From Phoronis australis (lineage: Eukaryota > Animalia > Phoronida), in the NCBI GenBank assembly GCA_002633005.1, contig NMRA01000008.1, positions 1,328,584 through 1,392,583 of the forward strand: a stretch of DNA of 64,000 nt, read 5' to 3'. The position numbers and the translations under genes are program-made. The stretch's first letter is position 1. Each line of letters begins with the position of its first letter. This document shows positions 24,841 through 38,371 of the stretch, piece after piece. A model generated the notes under the pieces. It was not told where the DNA came from, made no database searches, and saw nothing but the letters and a program-made list of their open reading frames with translations.

Positions 24841-27800
24841 ATGTTTCACAAAAAGAAATCTATTACCATGAAGTCTAGCGCTTCGGCGTTATGCAACAAT
24901 CTGAGTATTCTGCAGAATAGAGATAAAACGATAACTCATTTCGCAGTAGTGCACAAGTCAGTTGTGAATCTCATCAGTACTGATTCGGAAGGGATTGCCA
25001 ACCAGAAACAAGTCAGCTCCAAGGAGCCCTCAATCGGCCACCACAGTTCGTCGATCATCTTACAGGTGATTTTCAGATCGTGCCTTAAAATTAAAACAAA
25101 TATGTCGACCAGAATGGTCTGTCGACCAGGATGGTCTGTCGACCAGAATGGTCTGTCGACCAGAATGGTCTGTCGACCAGAATGGTTTTGAGAGTTTGCT
25201 TCAATTACAAGCGTGCCAAACATTCGCGTCTTTGGTAGTCAGTAAGCCGTGGTGCAAAGCTACAAGAGCTAGGCTAAGTAGCCTAACACTGTTTCAAACT
25301 GGCCCCAATAGAGATGGAGCCATCCCACAGGCTCTCCATACACTGGAAGCTTTTTGCCGAATTATGCGTCACTGTGGTTAAACCATCAAAGTCGTGTTGC
25401 TTTATTAAAATATCAGTTACAAAGACACCGTAAAGGAGGCCATTGATATTTCTTTAACTCTTCCTAGCTTGAACAAATATTCCCGCAATCGGACGAATCC
25501 TTCGTTCAATTGCCCTAATCGACAACTGGCTATTTTTACACTGCTCGCGTCAGAGGATGTGACTTCACATCACTCGTCACCAAAATCATGATTGTTAACG
25601 TAGCCATTTTGCTTTGAAAAGGTATTGGATAGAATGAAGACTTACGGGATAGTATCCTAGAAGTCTATTTTGGAAAATAGCTAATGGTTAATGAAGGAAT
25701 GCAAGGGAAATGAGCCAGACTTTTTCTCAGAGTTGGAAACATTTAAAGACAATGATAGTCTTCAAAGGTACACTTTCCTTGTATGCTCAAAGCGTACTTA
25801 ATGGTGACTTTTGGCTAGTTATTCCAAGTTGAGCTGTAATTTGCCGAAAAGCTTCTGGTGTACAAAATCATTGAGATAATGCCACAAGGCTTAGAGAATA
25901 ACTTTATACAGTAGAACTGACTAGACTTCCTTCATCTTCTGATGGACATTGACTATACTCCTACCAGAGAAGTTGACAGCTACTGATTTCTGGCCCCAAA
26001 CTTATAAACACAGTTTGAAGCACATAACGGGCCCACAAAACACAGGTTACGCTCCCATGGACACAGCTCCCAAATCGCAAACATGACTTACTGGCTACCT
26101 AACATGGACATGAACTCTGGGTGTGTCACCTTGAACACAATTTTTGACGAGTTGGTTATCTGTGTAAAAATTCCACCAGCATTCGCCTCATTTAGCCTGG
26201 CCTCATTTTTCACTTTGTAAAATTTTTTCTCGGCTCTGTACTGATAAATTCTCGACTTTTTTCTTGCACCCCAAAACATTGAAACTGGTGACCTTAGAAT
26301 TTTGAAAGGTGGGTTGACTAGAGATCCCAGTTTTTGGAAGTGTAGGGCAAACACTAAGTCTTTGGTTGATGTTTTAGCCTGTATTTTGAGAAAGCTGTTT
26401 TTCCATATGGTAATTAGGACCTAAAACTTTTAATTGTGTTGCAGGCTAAGTTTGTTGAATTATCGCAACGATCGATTCTGGTGATCACTTCACAGAAGGG
26501 GATTCAGGTGAGAAACACTGTGTTGCCTGGTTGTCAAAGAATGACTTAGCTTTTTGTTGTTTCATAGGGAAAGCAAAGGTTTTCGGCATTACCGAAATGC
26601 TAAGAATAAAAGTCTTAGGGGACACTGGATTTCTCAACCTTAATTACTTACAATCTGGACTTTCATGATGAAAGTGACTTTAAGGAGAATGCCACCCAAA
26701 AAACAACCTATTTTGTATCAATTTAGATCGAGTAGTTCTACTCGATAACGGCACGTTCGGTTGCGTTACCTGACACCTGACGGCAGACGGAGTTGTTGAA
26801 ATTATCCAATGACGTCATTGGTTTCACACGCAGTCTGTGCAGCAGTTCACAGCACGGGTTACTGGTGTCAGCGTATCGCTTGAATTCATCGTTTCACAAC
26901 AATAAATCATCCAACTTCGATGTAAAACCCTTAGAAGTACACCGAGTACTTATAAAAACGTGTTGTTTTATTTCGCTGTAGTTACGGATTTATTGGTATT
27001 TGGACACACTGTAGCCTACAAAGTTTGGTAGGCCAATTTACCAAGGTCTGTAGCAGGAGTTTGGGGTCTGTTCGGAGATAAATTCGAAGTATTCTTCCGT
27101 GAAATACAGACAGGAGAACCTAGATCTGTGTTGTTTAGACTTGTGATTTTTTGAGTTCTAAACACACAAATTGCTTGTTATCCCGGCCAGTGGCTCGGAA
27201 CCTGATCAGGCCCGTCTCGGCCGCCAGGACTGGCACGAACATAAATCAGCTCGAGTTGGAAACTAAACCTCCAGTCACAAAAAGTCTATAATAGTGAGCC
27301 AAAGAAATAATGTGCACGTAATTATTTATGTGAATTAGCCACGAAACTGAAAATCTACTTACTTGTCGGGGGCTGCGAAGTCGGGTTCCCCTTCCACAGA
27401 CCATCATGGCAAAGGTTGTACAATAACAATGATTTGAATAAATGTATTTGTATTTCTAAATAAAGTTTCCCCTAACATGTGACCGTAGCATATAAAATCG
27501 AGTTATTGTTTCGCAACAGCTTTCTGTCAGCAAACACTGAATTAGCATGTGCTCACACGGCCTCGGTGCCTGGTCAATTACCTTTATTGCTGGCATCAAA
27601 AGCCGGTAATGCAGTGGTTTATTCATTGCTGGTTTCTCAACATTCACGAATACTGCAAAGGCATTACAAATGGTAGCAACTCGCCCGGCGCCAATCCCGA
27701 CTTAGTCAAGAGCTCATCCGACGAAGACTTCACAGGTCTGATCGTAAGGTTTCACCATCTATCAGTTCGAACCAGAATACTCTGATCAAGAAATACTAGA

Positions 27801-30800
27801 GAGGCGCCGTGAACATGCGCAGGCAATGGAACGTATAGATAGTTCTTTGGTAAGCCGGAATTCGTCAGAGAAATCAGTCGACGAAATGCCGGCCACAGAC
27901 ACGGAGATGTGTCACGACCTCATACTTGCTATTAACAGCATACCTTTCATTCTTCACTACCGCGAGCCACTTCCTAAGCATTTCGGGCTCTCGAGGAAGT
28001 CGAAAAAACGATATACCCACTTTCTTCGCAGCTTCATAGTTCGGACAAGCGGGAACGATGCACCACGATATAGCCACATTCACTCTGCAGACGAACCACT
28101 GGCGGCGCTGTGTCGTTTCTCACCTTCCCTTAGGTTAACGTAACACCTCTCGCCAAGGTGAGGTTGACTGTTTAAGAGGTAATGTGTATATAGACTGATT
28201 AAGACGGTAAAAAGACTAATTAAATCGGGTGGCATTCTCCTTTAAGACTGACTTGATACAGAAATTTTGTCTTAAACTCCCACTTCGCAAATAAAGGTTT
28301 AGCCCAGTAATGATGAGTGTATTCTCAGAGAATTTGGACCTCTATTCTTTATGGTCCATATGGGTAACTGTAACTTAAGTCCGAAAATGTCTCTTTTAAA
28401 CAACCAGAAGCTCTAAATGTCTAAGCATAGGTGCCACCAAAACCAGTTTGCTGTCTCCTTTAAGGGTCTACTACACATGTGGTGACAATCTGAACACATT
28501 AGAGACTCGTCCGTTTCATGGCAGCTTGTACTTAGTCAATTCATACGTGTACAAGTTCCGCTGACATCAAGAGGCCTGTTTATCAGGAAATCTGATCTAA
28601 GGTCCTATTGTGTGGAGTAGAGAAATTATCACATTAGTGGTGCCAGTGTCATCATGGCAATAAAACACTGGCCGAAATAAGTTTATACATCTTGAACTGA
28701 AACTGGTGATCTTTATCTGTTGAATTCCTCATGAAAAGTTATGTTCATTTGCACCGGAAGAAATGATTGTATTAAAAATAGTCAAAATAGAGGCGATAGG
28801 TATCCGTTCTGTGGTGCCTGTTGATGGATGGTTTTGGTAATTCTTTCAACTGCTTGCGATTCGTGATGCTGAACAAAAGATTGTAGGAATACTGGAATAC
28901 TAAACAATGGACTTGGTTGACATTTGGACTTAGCCACGATTTGGAAACCGCTGTCATCTGGAGTTGAAGCCAAACAAGAGGTTACAGGAAATGGCAGGAG
29001 GTGCAGAAACATTGGTCTGCTTAAATGGAATTAAAGCTAGTGTGTTGTTGTCCATCAAAGATTAGTTCCTTTTGTTTCATCGATGTGTCATACGTTGAAA
29101 AGTAGCAAATCACATTGTTGTGGTTATCTACCAATCAATGCTTAGTTTTTCGGTTTCAGGTCAGTGTCACTGATAAACTTGAGAAATGGAAATTGTTTTC
29201 TACTTACTCCTTTTAGGGAATATGTTTGATGCCATGAGCTACTTGGTTGTATGCCTCGAAGCATGGCACAGTGTTCTCCTTACATGAACTATGTTTTTCA
29301 CCACGTTTGGAAATCTTGAATCTTGTTTGAAAATCTTGATTTTTTCTTTTAAGTCAAATGAAATCATGTTCCTAATATTGCACTTTTTATTGTTTATAGG
29401 ATTAGCAGTAAAATGCTAGTGATGTGCCCAACAAGTAGAAATAATGCATAATCTGTACTTACTAGTAGTTGTTTTTTGTGAATTATTTGATAGGAAGATT
29501 CCTATGGGAGAAGGTGATATGCAGTTTGCACCTTGTTCGAATTTTTGTCCTGGGAGAACCCTGAAATTGACATGTCCATTTGCATGGCACTTGCCTTGCT
29601 TACTCTATAAACAGGATTTAGTTTGAGTTTTGATTTTTTGTTTAAAAATATTGCTATTGCTTAATCTCTCCAAAAACCCCAAAATAAACTGATGACTGAG
29701 TGACTTTGGTGTTCTGATGTGTTAACCATTACAAATACCCCCTCCCCTCTGTACAGTTTCAACTCCAGACGAAAGTGGTTTCCACGATGAGATAACAACC
29801 TAGCCTACTGTGAAGCATTCTTGAGGTCTTTTGTTAGAGCTCAGCTCACTAATCATAAAATAGTTGTCACTTCCCTTGGTCAACAAAACAGAAACGATGA
29901 CATCATTTTGGGCTTGTTATGCACCCACATATTTATATGTGGACGCATTATATTGTATTTCTTCTGAAAAAAAATGGCGCTACCTTAACTTTTCATGGGG
30001 AATCCAATTTCAGAAGTCAAACAGGTCGAAAAATCACCAATTTTAATCCGTGATAGTTAAATGTATTTCAGCCAGTATTCTGTAGCTCCGAAGTCGTCGC
30101 TAATGCGGTAATTGCCCTGTTCCAAAACTAAGATAGATCACTGTCCCTGATGTCAAAGGATTTTGGCTACTGCAATCTGTGTACAAATCTATTGCCCAAT
30201 ATATATACCCATGGCCGCGGTATGGGCCAAGTTTCTAATGGGCATGGATACCAAACCAAGAAATTTCTTGCAGTCTCATTGATTTTACCTAATGTTAAAA
30301 TTACTGTTTTGTTACCCTAAAGTGGTTTACTTTTGTTTGTTTAAGATGTTTGAGTCTGATGGGGCTACAATCTTGTACTGGCACTCTTTGGCCGATTCTA
30401 ACAGCGCTGGAGGTGAGTGGGTGAAAAAACCATCAAGATTTTGTGACAAAAGAAACAAAAAAGGTGGATTTTGCCCCACTTCTGTTGGCATCACATGATG
30501 CTAACCTGTTACAGCACAGCAAGAATCCACCTGATATTTGTAAGACATAATGGCGGTTTTCTACGTATGGGGCTGGTTATGACACGAGACAGCAATTTCG
30601 TCACTCTTCCTGTGATCAGATTGAAAAGTTGCGAATGAGCTATTTTGTGGTCAGTCTGCTGAAAACTAAATGTACTGAAGGTTTCTTTGTTTACAAGTCG
30701 CAGCATTTTGACTTTTGAGAAGCTATATCTTGTTACGCAGTGGTTATGAGATTTTTGACATGCACCTTGGGAGTGCCACTGAATCAAGTTGGACATTGTG

Positions 30801-33800
30801 CTGCACAGGACACTTGCACTTTGAGTAGTAATGAGTTTGGTGAAACATTTTCTGTGTTAAATGGGACCTAGGTCACCTAGTAGAAACATAAAGTTTGACA
30901 TGATAGCGCTCATTTTATTCTATGGAGCAGAAATAAGGGGTACTAGCTACAGAAAGGAAATTGAAAATGCTCCAATAAATTTTGTGAATTTTTACTGTCT
31001 ACTGCTATTAGACGGACCCACGTCATTGCAAAGGTGTGGCCGTCAGGATTTATCATGTGTAGATCAATAAAATATTTTTCAAAAATATTGAATGTGCAAA
31101 CTGACTCCCAAAACAATGTTTTTCGGTCTTTCATTATTCTTATTATTAAACTTGTTGATAAATGTGAGGAGCTATTAGTAATGCACAATCCTAGAGTTCT
31201 CATGAGGTGCACATTTACATTGGCGTAGTTTTAGCCGAGTTTTAGTCAACCTGAGCAAGTCTTGGGGTTATTCGAAAACGAGGATTTATTTATCCATGAA
31301 AATCATTCACCTTTCTCCTTGTTACATAATCGTGGACATTCAAATGTCAGTTCGTATTAGAATCAAATGTCTGTTTCAGTGCAAGCTTCCTTTGCCAGAG
31401 GTATATGTGGAATCCAAGGAGATATGGTTTGTGTTGGCACTCATCAAGGTGAAATCTTTGTTTTTCACGTTCCCCCGAAGGGCACGAATGTAACTACGGT
31501 CCAAGTTCTTAAAGGTAAGGAAATTGTTTGTAAGCTCTGTATACTGAATACTGTCTTAAAGCTGCATATCCACTTGTGTAGCTGGTTGAAAAACAAAAAT
31601 TGAATTAGGCCTTTTACTCTTGTAAAATGTTCTTGTCATGTTCCGTACAGTGATAGGATTTTATTTCCACTACTAATAAACTCTGAAGCATGTTATTGTC
31701 GTTGATACTGATTTCGATGTTTTTGTTGGTAACGGAAATAGAATCCTTTCAAAGTAAGGAATATTTCAAGGCCGACTTTATGAGAGTAAAAAGCCTAATT
31801 CGATTTTCGTTCTTAGTCAGCTTAACGGACGAATTGCAACTTTAACGAAGTGTAACCCTCCAGCAGCCAATCACGATCATTTAATAAAGTTGCTAGTGGA
31901 GCTTGGCACATATAATATAATATAATATAATATAATATAATGCACAAGAGTCAATTCATCTTCTGTTGAACCTGATCTCGAGCAATAACGAACTGCAGAG
32001 AAATCACTTCTAATTTGAAGTAGGGGACAATTTAATACCAATCTCTTTAAGTTATGTAGGACCTTATTGACCTGTCTGTGTATTTATGCAAATATCTGCA
32101 AAACTATATATTTTAACGCAGTAAACAATATTTTCTGAAAGTTGATTGAGAAACCAATCTCACTGGTAAAAGTTGGCTAAAACAAATGATTGATTGATAC
32201 CAAAACAACCGTATTAATAATATATTGAAATTTCAATTGATAAAATATTCTAGATGAAATCTCATGCTGTCACAGTTTTCTATAATTATATCATTTGTTC
32301 ACGAAAACAACTACGGATTTAAAACTTGACATGTTTCGGCGTCATTTATTAAACACCATCTTCAGAAGTCATAATACAGTGGCCACCTAGCTAGGCCCAG
32401 CAACAAGTAATGAAGCACAGATACAGTCAGTTACAGGGAGTGACAATGAACTATACCAACAATGACAACCTGTGGTGTGTCAGTTGCCTATTGAGATTGG
32501 GCTTGCACCAACTGATATGTAAAGCCTCACTAATTTTAAGCTCCTTTGTTGTTACTGCCTGGTCTATTATTGCAAAGTCATTGAAAGAGCACTGCTGATA
32601 ACAATGATTGGAGCTCTGCAGGTGAATATTTACATGTGAATTACTGTCAGAATTTAGATGTTCCTTGGTCCTGGTTTTCAAATGGNNNNNNNNNNNNNNN
32701 NNNNNNNNNNNNNNNNNNNNNNNNNNNNNNNNNNNNNNNNNNNNNNNNNNNNNNNNNNNNNNNNNNNNNNNNNNNNNNNNNNNNNNNNNNNNNNNNNNNN
32801 NNNNNNNNNNNNNNNNNNNNNNNNNNNNNNNNNNNNNNNNNNNNNNNNNNNNNNNNNNNNNNNNNNNNNNNNNNNNNNNNNNNNNNNNNNNNNNNNNNNN
32901 NNNNNNNNNNNNNNNNNNNNNNNNNNNNNNNNNNNNNNNNNNNNNNNNNNNNNNNNNNNNNNNNNNNNNNNNNNNNNNNNNNNNNNNNNNNNNNNNNNNN
33001 NNNNNNNNNNNNNNNNNNNNNNNNNNNNNNNNNNNNNNNNNNNNNNNNNNNNNNNNNNNNNNNNNNNNNNNNNNNNNNNNNNNNNNNNNNNNNNNNNNNN
33101 NNNNNNNNNNNNNNNNNNNNNNNNNNNNNNNNNNNNNNNNNNNNNNNNNNNNNNNNNNNNNNNNNNNNNNNNNNNNNNNNNNNNNNNNNNNNNNNNNNNN
33201 NNNNNNNNNNNNNNNNNNNNNNNNNNNNNNNNNNNNNNNNNNNNNNNNNNNNNNNNNNNNNNNNNNNNNNNNNNNGTGAAACATGTGGAAACAACTCCTA
33301 ATACTGTTAAATGAAGGACAGTGTGTAAAGTTTAGTGTCGTAAAGCTTCACATGAATCCAAGCAGCCATTCCTGAAATATGAGGCTCAGAAGTCAACCAA
33401 ATTTGGACATTTTTGTGGGGTCCTACATAACATTTCAACATATAAGCAAAGCAAGGTTGTGAAGTTTGTATTTTGTCAAGAGTAGTGCTTGATTTTCCTA
33501 GGTCACAGCAGTTCAGTGTGTGATTTGGCTACAGACGGGGAACATTTAACTAGTAGCGACGATGAAGGCAACATCATTGTGTGGTCCGTTTCTAACGGTA
33601 ACCTCCAGCTGAAGACGAAGATTAATGGATTTGGAGGGTGAGAATGATGTGTTTTGATTGGTTTACCACAAGCATGACATGTTTTTGTGTACGGGTCTTC
33701 AAACAAGGTGGTGATTTTATGTGGGGAAAAATCTTAAGTTCTAATGCCATCGTTTCAATCTGTTGTAAGTACATCACTGATTTAAAATGTTATATTTTGT

Positions 33801-36800
33801 TTGTTTGTTTTTTTAAAAATTACCCTGCAAATGCACTTAGTAACCTTGACCCTGCAAATGCACTTAGTAACCTTAAGTTTCTAAGAAGATAGTTTATGTT
33901 GCCTAATATGTGACACAAAACATCCCTAACTTGTACAATACCGTGCACACATATTTAAGCCCCCCTTTTTTCTAATTATACCCATTTTTTTCAAAAGTGT
34001 ATTTTTACCCATTCCAATAGTTTGCACCCGAGCACAAGTTCCCTAACTTCAGCTATAAGCTCATGTGCGCACTCCTTGCTTCATGTTTTTACATGCTGTT
34101 ATACCGTCTGTTTTTTTCATGTTGTTTCTTTCATTTTGCGATATCAGTTTTTGAGCGTTGCTTAAATGAATTGCCAAATAAACGACTATAATATTTAATC
34201 ATGAGTTGAAAACATATCAACCTCTCCAGTTCTGCTCCTTGGTTTCACAAAAATAAGTGTAATTTATGTTTCACATATTACAGACATGTGTGCCCTAATT
34301 CGGATGCAGGCTATTGCTGTGTGCGGCCGCTAAATCCCGAATGTGTACATATGCTATACCACTGATTCAGTGTTGAATAGAAAGAAATCACGTAGAATAT
34401 AACAATTACATTTGTTCGTAATTTTGCATGTATACATCATCGGACATTACAATTAAAGGAATGAAAATTTTAAGACATTTACCTGTCGAGATAACAAAAT
34501 ACAGAAAAAATAAGTCAAATACTGGAATTTGCTTTCTTAATTAGTTATCAGTGTTGCCCTCGTCTCTCACGGACTTCAGCTAGTGGTGCTTTTATCGTTC
34601 TGGCCAATAGGTGGCATTTTAACTAGACGACGCTGCATCGAGGTCAGGGCACTGTCCCTTAAGTGTGACAGTTGGAACCTTAATTCACCTTGTTTATTCT
34701 GAGGGGGGCGCTCGTGGAGAGCTTTTTGACACCCCATCCTTTTTACATTTCAGGTAACTTATTAACTTCAGCAAAGCATCGCACTAGTAGTTGTGAATTG
34801 GGTGTGTCTGCTAATGGAGATTCTTGTTAATCACTTGATAGTTGAAATCACTGATGCTTTAGTCAACTAAGTGTAATGTCCAACATTGTACATATTATAA
34901 TGCAAGACATAAAGTTTATTTCAGTAAACTTGGCCATCGGACCTTTTTACAAATATATTACAAAATAAAAGTAAGGTAGCATGAAAGTAAACCTATGTGG
35001 AAATTGAACACTGTTCCCGTCTCCTTTTGAATACACAGTAAATAAATTTACAAATACGTCACACTTCAGTTTGGTTTTCCATTGGCATCATGTAGGTGCT
35101 GGTACTGCGTTATTATCTTACATGTGTTTGTCCAAGCAAAAGTGAATATGTGAATATTCAGACTCAATGTTAGACAGAACACAAACAGAATAAGCAAAGC
35201 CTCTCATGGCGAGGGTAACCTGAATGTTCCAGTTATGAATGTGTGAACATGAATGTGATTATTACGGGTTCACATTTGTTGTTTCATTTCTGATGTTATG
35301 CAATGACTAATTCAGGTGTTTGCATTTAGGTACCCGTGCAGCTCGTTAGCCATGTGGAATGGCCACATTATTGGTGGGTATGGATCTGGTCACCTGAGGG
35401 TGTTCACGTTGTCGTCTGGTGAGCTCACTGCGGAGGTAGCGGCCCATGCACGCTGGGTAACGGCGGTGGACATTGCAAAGGACAGCGGTGTGGTAGGAGT
35501 CTTTGTATTGTGTTTTTGTTCAACAAAGTTCTGCTTTTTGCTTTTGACTCAGTTTCTTCATGGATTTCATCTCCCTGTCTTGCGTAGCGGAGATGGGCAT
35601 TATTTCATGTCTGAGATATTTGGTAGGATTGCAGGTATCCACAGCTTTTCAATTGAGTGAAATTTTAGTTGAGATAGCCGTGGATGGATTATTACGAACA
35701 TGATGTTAGTTTTTATAAATATGAATTTACAACTGAAGTGAATTCATCGTTCAATCTGTGTTTACGCTTAACTGTGTGGACTTGAGCCACTCAGAGGCAC
35801 GTTTACCAACAAGAAATTAACATGTCTGAGATGATTTTTACTACGACTGGTCGTTGAACCTTATTGAAAAGAACCACAGGCACGTAAAATTGTGCTCATA
35901 ACCCATTTATTGTCTTTACAGTGTATATCTGTTGGTGAGGATTCTTTTGCCCGTGTCTGGCAGTTGAAGCAAGGCTCTCCCCAGGTATTTCCATCATACA
36001 GTCAATAGTATTGATATACACTGCATGAGGTAGATAACATTGAAGTAAAATCGTGCCTGGATTGTAACAGACCACCTTTCTTCCAGTAGGGTTGTTTTAT
36101 GTCAGCTCCTGCAAAACATGAAGGAAATGACACACAGTTTCACCCTAATTTACTCGTATTCAACCGTGACCCTGGGACGTGTTTGTTCTATTTCATTCCT
36201 GCCCAAACAAATAAACCTGAGTCACTCTCATCTTAGAGAAAAACAGTCATTGTGTACCACCTTTCAACTGATGTGAAATTTTCATACAAATTATTTAGGG
36301 ATACAAATGCAGATTGGTTAAAGAGTATTTGCGCGCTACTAAGGAACTAAACGACAATGCTATTTGAATATAATCTAAAGAAAGTGCAGTTGTAAACATG
36401 AAAACAAACAAGTTCTGTAAATAGGTGACCTTTGGGGCTCACATAACCCGCATCATGCAGTGTTATTCCCCAACACCACATCACGATACTTACTGGACAC
36501 GGTTAAGTGACTTGCGGCAAATCATTTTTGACACAAAACTCGTTCTTAAAAATGCTGGCAATTTTCAACCTACTCCATATTCACAATGTCACTATATGTT
36601 TTATTTCTAACTAATTTGACCGAGAAATCATAGAGATAAGGAATTAGCATGCAAGTTCTACTTAAGGACTTTACATTGTGAATACAGCAGTACTTCAGCA
36701 ACAGGTGCCCCACCATACTATGGAACTACCACATCAGAGCAGTGAGGATTAGGCGAGAGGAAACGAGGAATATTTTAAGGGTGGCCTAACCAAGGGCATT

Positions 36801-37023
36801 TATTTTGGTTCGAAATAACTGCGAGTTTAATTATTTATCTTTGACAAACTCTCAGACAAGCGGTTACTTTATGTACGATGCTTGTTCCTTTCAGATATCT
36901 CACGTCCAGTCAGAACATGTGGCGGACATGCAATTAGTTGGATGCTGTTTATCAAAAGATGGCAGTGGGTTCCATGTGGTTGGTTACGACAGCAGCGAAA
37001 TCGTTCACTTTGGAAGAAGATAA
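24841..37023 (+). CDS. WDR54: WD repeat-containing protein 54, 8 coding exons, ~326 aa
   Basis: Exons 24841-25065, 26445-26507, 30346-30412, 31380-31514, 33502-33637, 35330-35492, 35922-35984 and 36895-37023; all GT-AG and frame-consistent (981 nt). Recognisable WDR54 motifs: SASALCNNLSIL, ITSQKGIQMFESDG..LYWHSL, FARGI, PPKGTN, GYGSGHL, AHARW, GEDSFARVW, VVGYDSSEI. Confidence 0.93.
25103..25187. repeat. 17-bp minisatellite (TGTCGACCAGAATGGTC) x5
   Basis: Five nearly perfect units starting 38 bp into WDR54 intron 1. Confidence 0.9.
26683..28241. mobile_element. Non-autonomous Kolobok-like DNA transposon in WDR54 intron 2
   Basis: Terminal inverted repeats AGGAGAATGCCACCC (26683) and GGGTGGCATTCTCCT (ending 28241), flanked by TTTA/TTAA; internal THAP remnant. 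TTAA target plus AGG..CCT ends plus THAP is the Kolobok pattern. Confidence 0.75.
27874..28083 (-). pseudogene. THAP zinc-finger fragment (transposase N-terminus), truncated
   Basis: WCIVPACPN...ISFFRLPREPEMLRKWL.VVK...LRVCGRHF matches the THAP C2CH consensus; a stop follows shortly after HF. Confidence 0.8.
31725..31835 (+). repeat. Dispersed repeat, second copy at ~37567-37665
   Basis: Both copies begin TAACGGAAATAGAATC and share TTTATG...AAAGGCC/AAAAGCC...ATTTTCGTT..AG.CAGCT.A. Confidence 0.5.
31911..31941. repeat. (TATAA)6 microsatellite
   Basis: Read directly from the sequence. Confidence 0.9.
32323..32370 (-). ncRNA. Minimal type I hammerhead ribozyme (Penelope-type)
   Basis: Minus strand reads GACTT-CTGAAGA-T-GGTGTT-taataaat-GACGCC-GAAA-CATG-TC-AAGTT: stem I GACTT/AAGTT, core CUGANGA, stem II GGUGUU/GACGCC, GAAA, palindromic CAUG loop with a 1-bp stem III, and a GUC cleavage triplet. 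Confidence 0.8.
32323..32685 (-). mobile_element. Penelope-like retroelement 3' remnant (GIY-YIG endonuclease C-terminus plus pLTR) in WDR54 intron 4; continues into the N gap
   Basis: HLKTRTKEHLNSDSNSHVNIHL...FAIIDQA...LKISEALHISWCKPNLNRQ is the typical PLE GIY-YIG tail (RxxEH...EALHI...PxLN); a hammerhead motif follows. Confidence 0.85.
32686..33275. other. Assembly gap (N run)
   Basis: 590 N. Confidence 1.
33822..33874. repeat. Local 27-bp tandem duplication
   Basis: ACCCTGCAAATGCACTTAGTAACCTT occurs twice. Confidence 0.9.
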
Positions 37024-37735
37024 GGGGACGCAATCATTATGTACGCTTTTATCCAATGTGACGTGTTTCTGTAATGTTTATCGCACATCCGTCCAATTTC
37101 AAATGGTTGTACAGCAGTTTTCAAACAAACTCGACGTTTTGTCATGCATTGCGGAAGTTAAAATCTAGGAGGATATCGGGTGAAAATTAAATGCAAGCTG
37201 GTTGAAATGTGTTTCTGCAAAATTTTGCCGATTTTCAATACGAAGAGGCTTCATGAACTTTTTTCATTACTACTGTGCTTAGAATACTCCAGTCTCCACA
37301 GTTGATAAACGATCTGCCTCTGGGAGTGTTTTCTCTTGCAAAATTGTGAGGTAACTAAGGCATTGGGACATCGTAACTCATTAAACTTGCATTTTGCCCA
37401 TTTAGTTGTCAATAGTGAATTCTTAGCAGAGGGACTTTGGGGTTTAAAAACATTTAGCACACTTGTCTGATCTTAAATTATTAACAAATGAGTTGGCCTA
37501 CAAGCGCAATTTAAGGTTTGGCCAACACTAATAAATTCTGAAGCCTCATGGTTTCAATGTTCTGGTTGTTAACGGAAATAGAATCGAATCATAGAAAGGA
37601 GACCAGTTTTATGGTTATAAAGGCCCAGATTTATTTTCGTTTTTCAGCCAGCTAAAGACAGGTAGGTGCGGCTTTAAAATGCCACAATGTAAAAATTTGC
37701 TTTGATCTTAATAAACGAAATTTTGGTTGGGGGGG

Positions 37736-38371
37736 NNNNNNNNNNNNNNNNNNNNNNNNNNNNNNNNNNNNNNNNNNNNNNNNNNNNNNNNNNNNNNNNN
37801 NNNNNNNNNNNNNNNNNNNNNNNNNNNNNNNNNNNNNNNNNNNNNNNNNNNNNNNNNNNNNNNNNNNNNNNNNNNNNNNNNNNNNNNNNNNNNNNNNNNN
37901 NNNNNNNNNNNNNNNNNNNNNNNNNNNNNNNNNNNNNNNNNNNNNNNNNNNNNNNNNNNNNNNNNNNNNNNNNNNNNNNNNNNNNNNNNNNNNNNNNNNN
38001 NNNNNNNNNNNNNNNNNNNNNNNNNNNNNNNNNNNNNNNNNNNNNNNNNNNNNNNNNNNNNNNNNNNNNNNNNNNNNNNNNNNNNNNNNNNNNNNNNNNN
38101 NNNNNNNNNNNNNNNNNNNNNNNNNNNNNNNNNNNNNNNNNNNNNNNNNNNNNNNNNNNNNNNNNNNNNNNNNNNNNNNNNNNNNNNNNNNNNNNNNNNN
38201 NNNNNNNNNNNNNNNNNNNNNNNNNNNNNNNNNNNNNNNNNNNNNNNNNNNNNNNNNNNNNNNNNNNNNNNNNNNNNNNNNNNNNNNNNNNNNNNNNNNN
38301 NNNNNNNNNNNNNNNNNNNNNNNNNNNNNNNNNNNNNNNNNNNNNNNNNNNNNNNNNNNNNNNNNNNNNNN
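37736..38371. other. Assembly gap (N run) flanked by poly-G and poly-C
   Basis: 636 N. Confidence 1.

Noticed and set aside
25103-25187. Possible CRISPR-like array
   Set aside because: The units are contiguous with no spacers, the context is a eukaryotic intron, and there are no cas genes.
27826-28143. 105-aa plus-strand ORF as an independent gene
   Set aside because: Mostly the antisense shadow of the THAP remnant inside a transposon.
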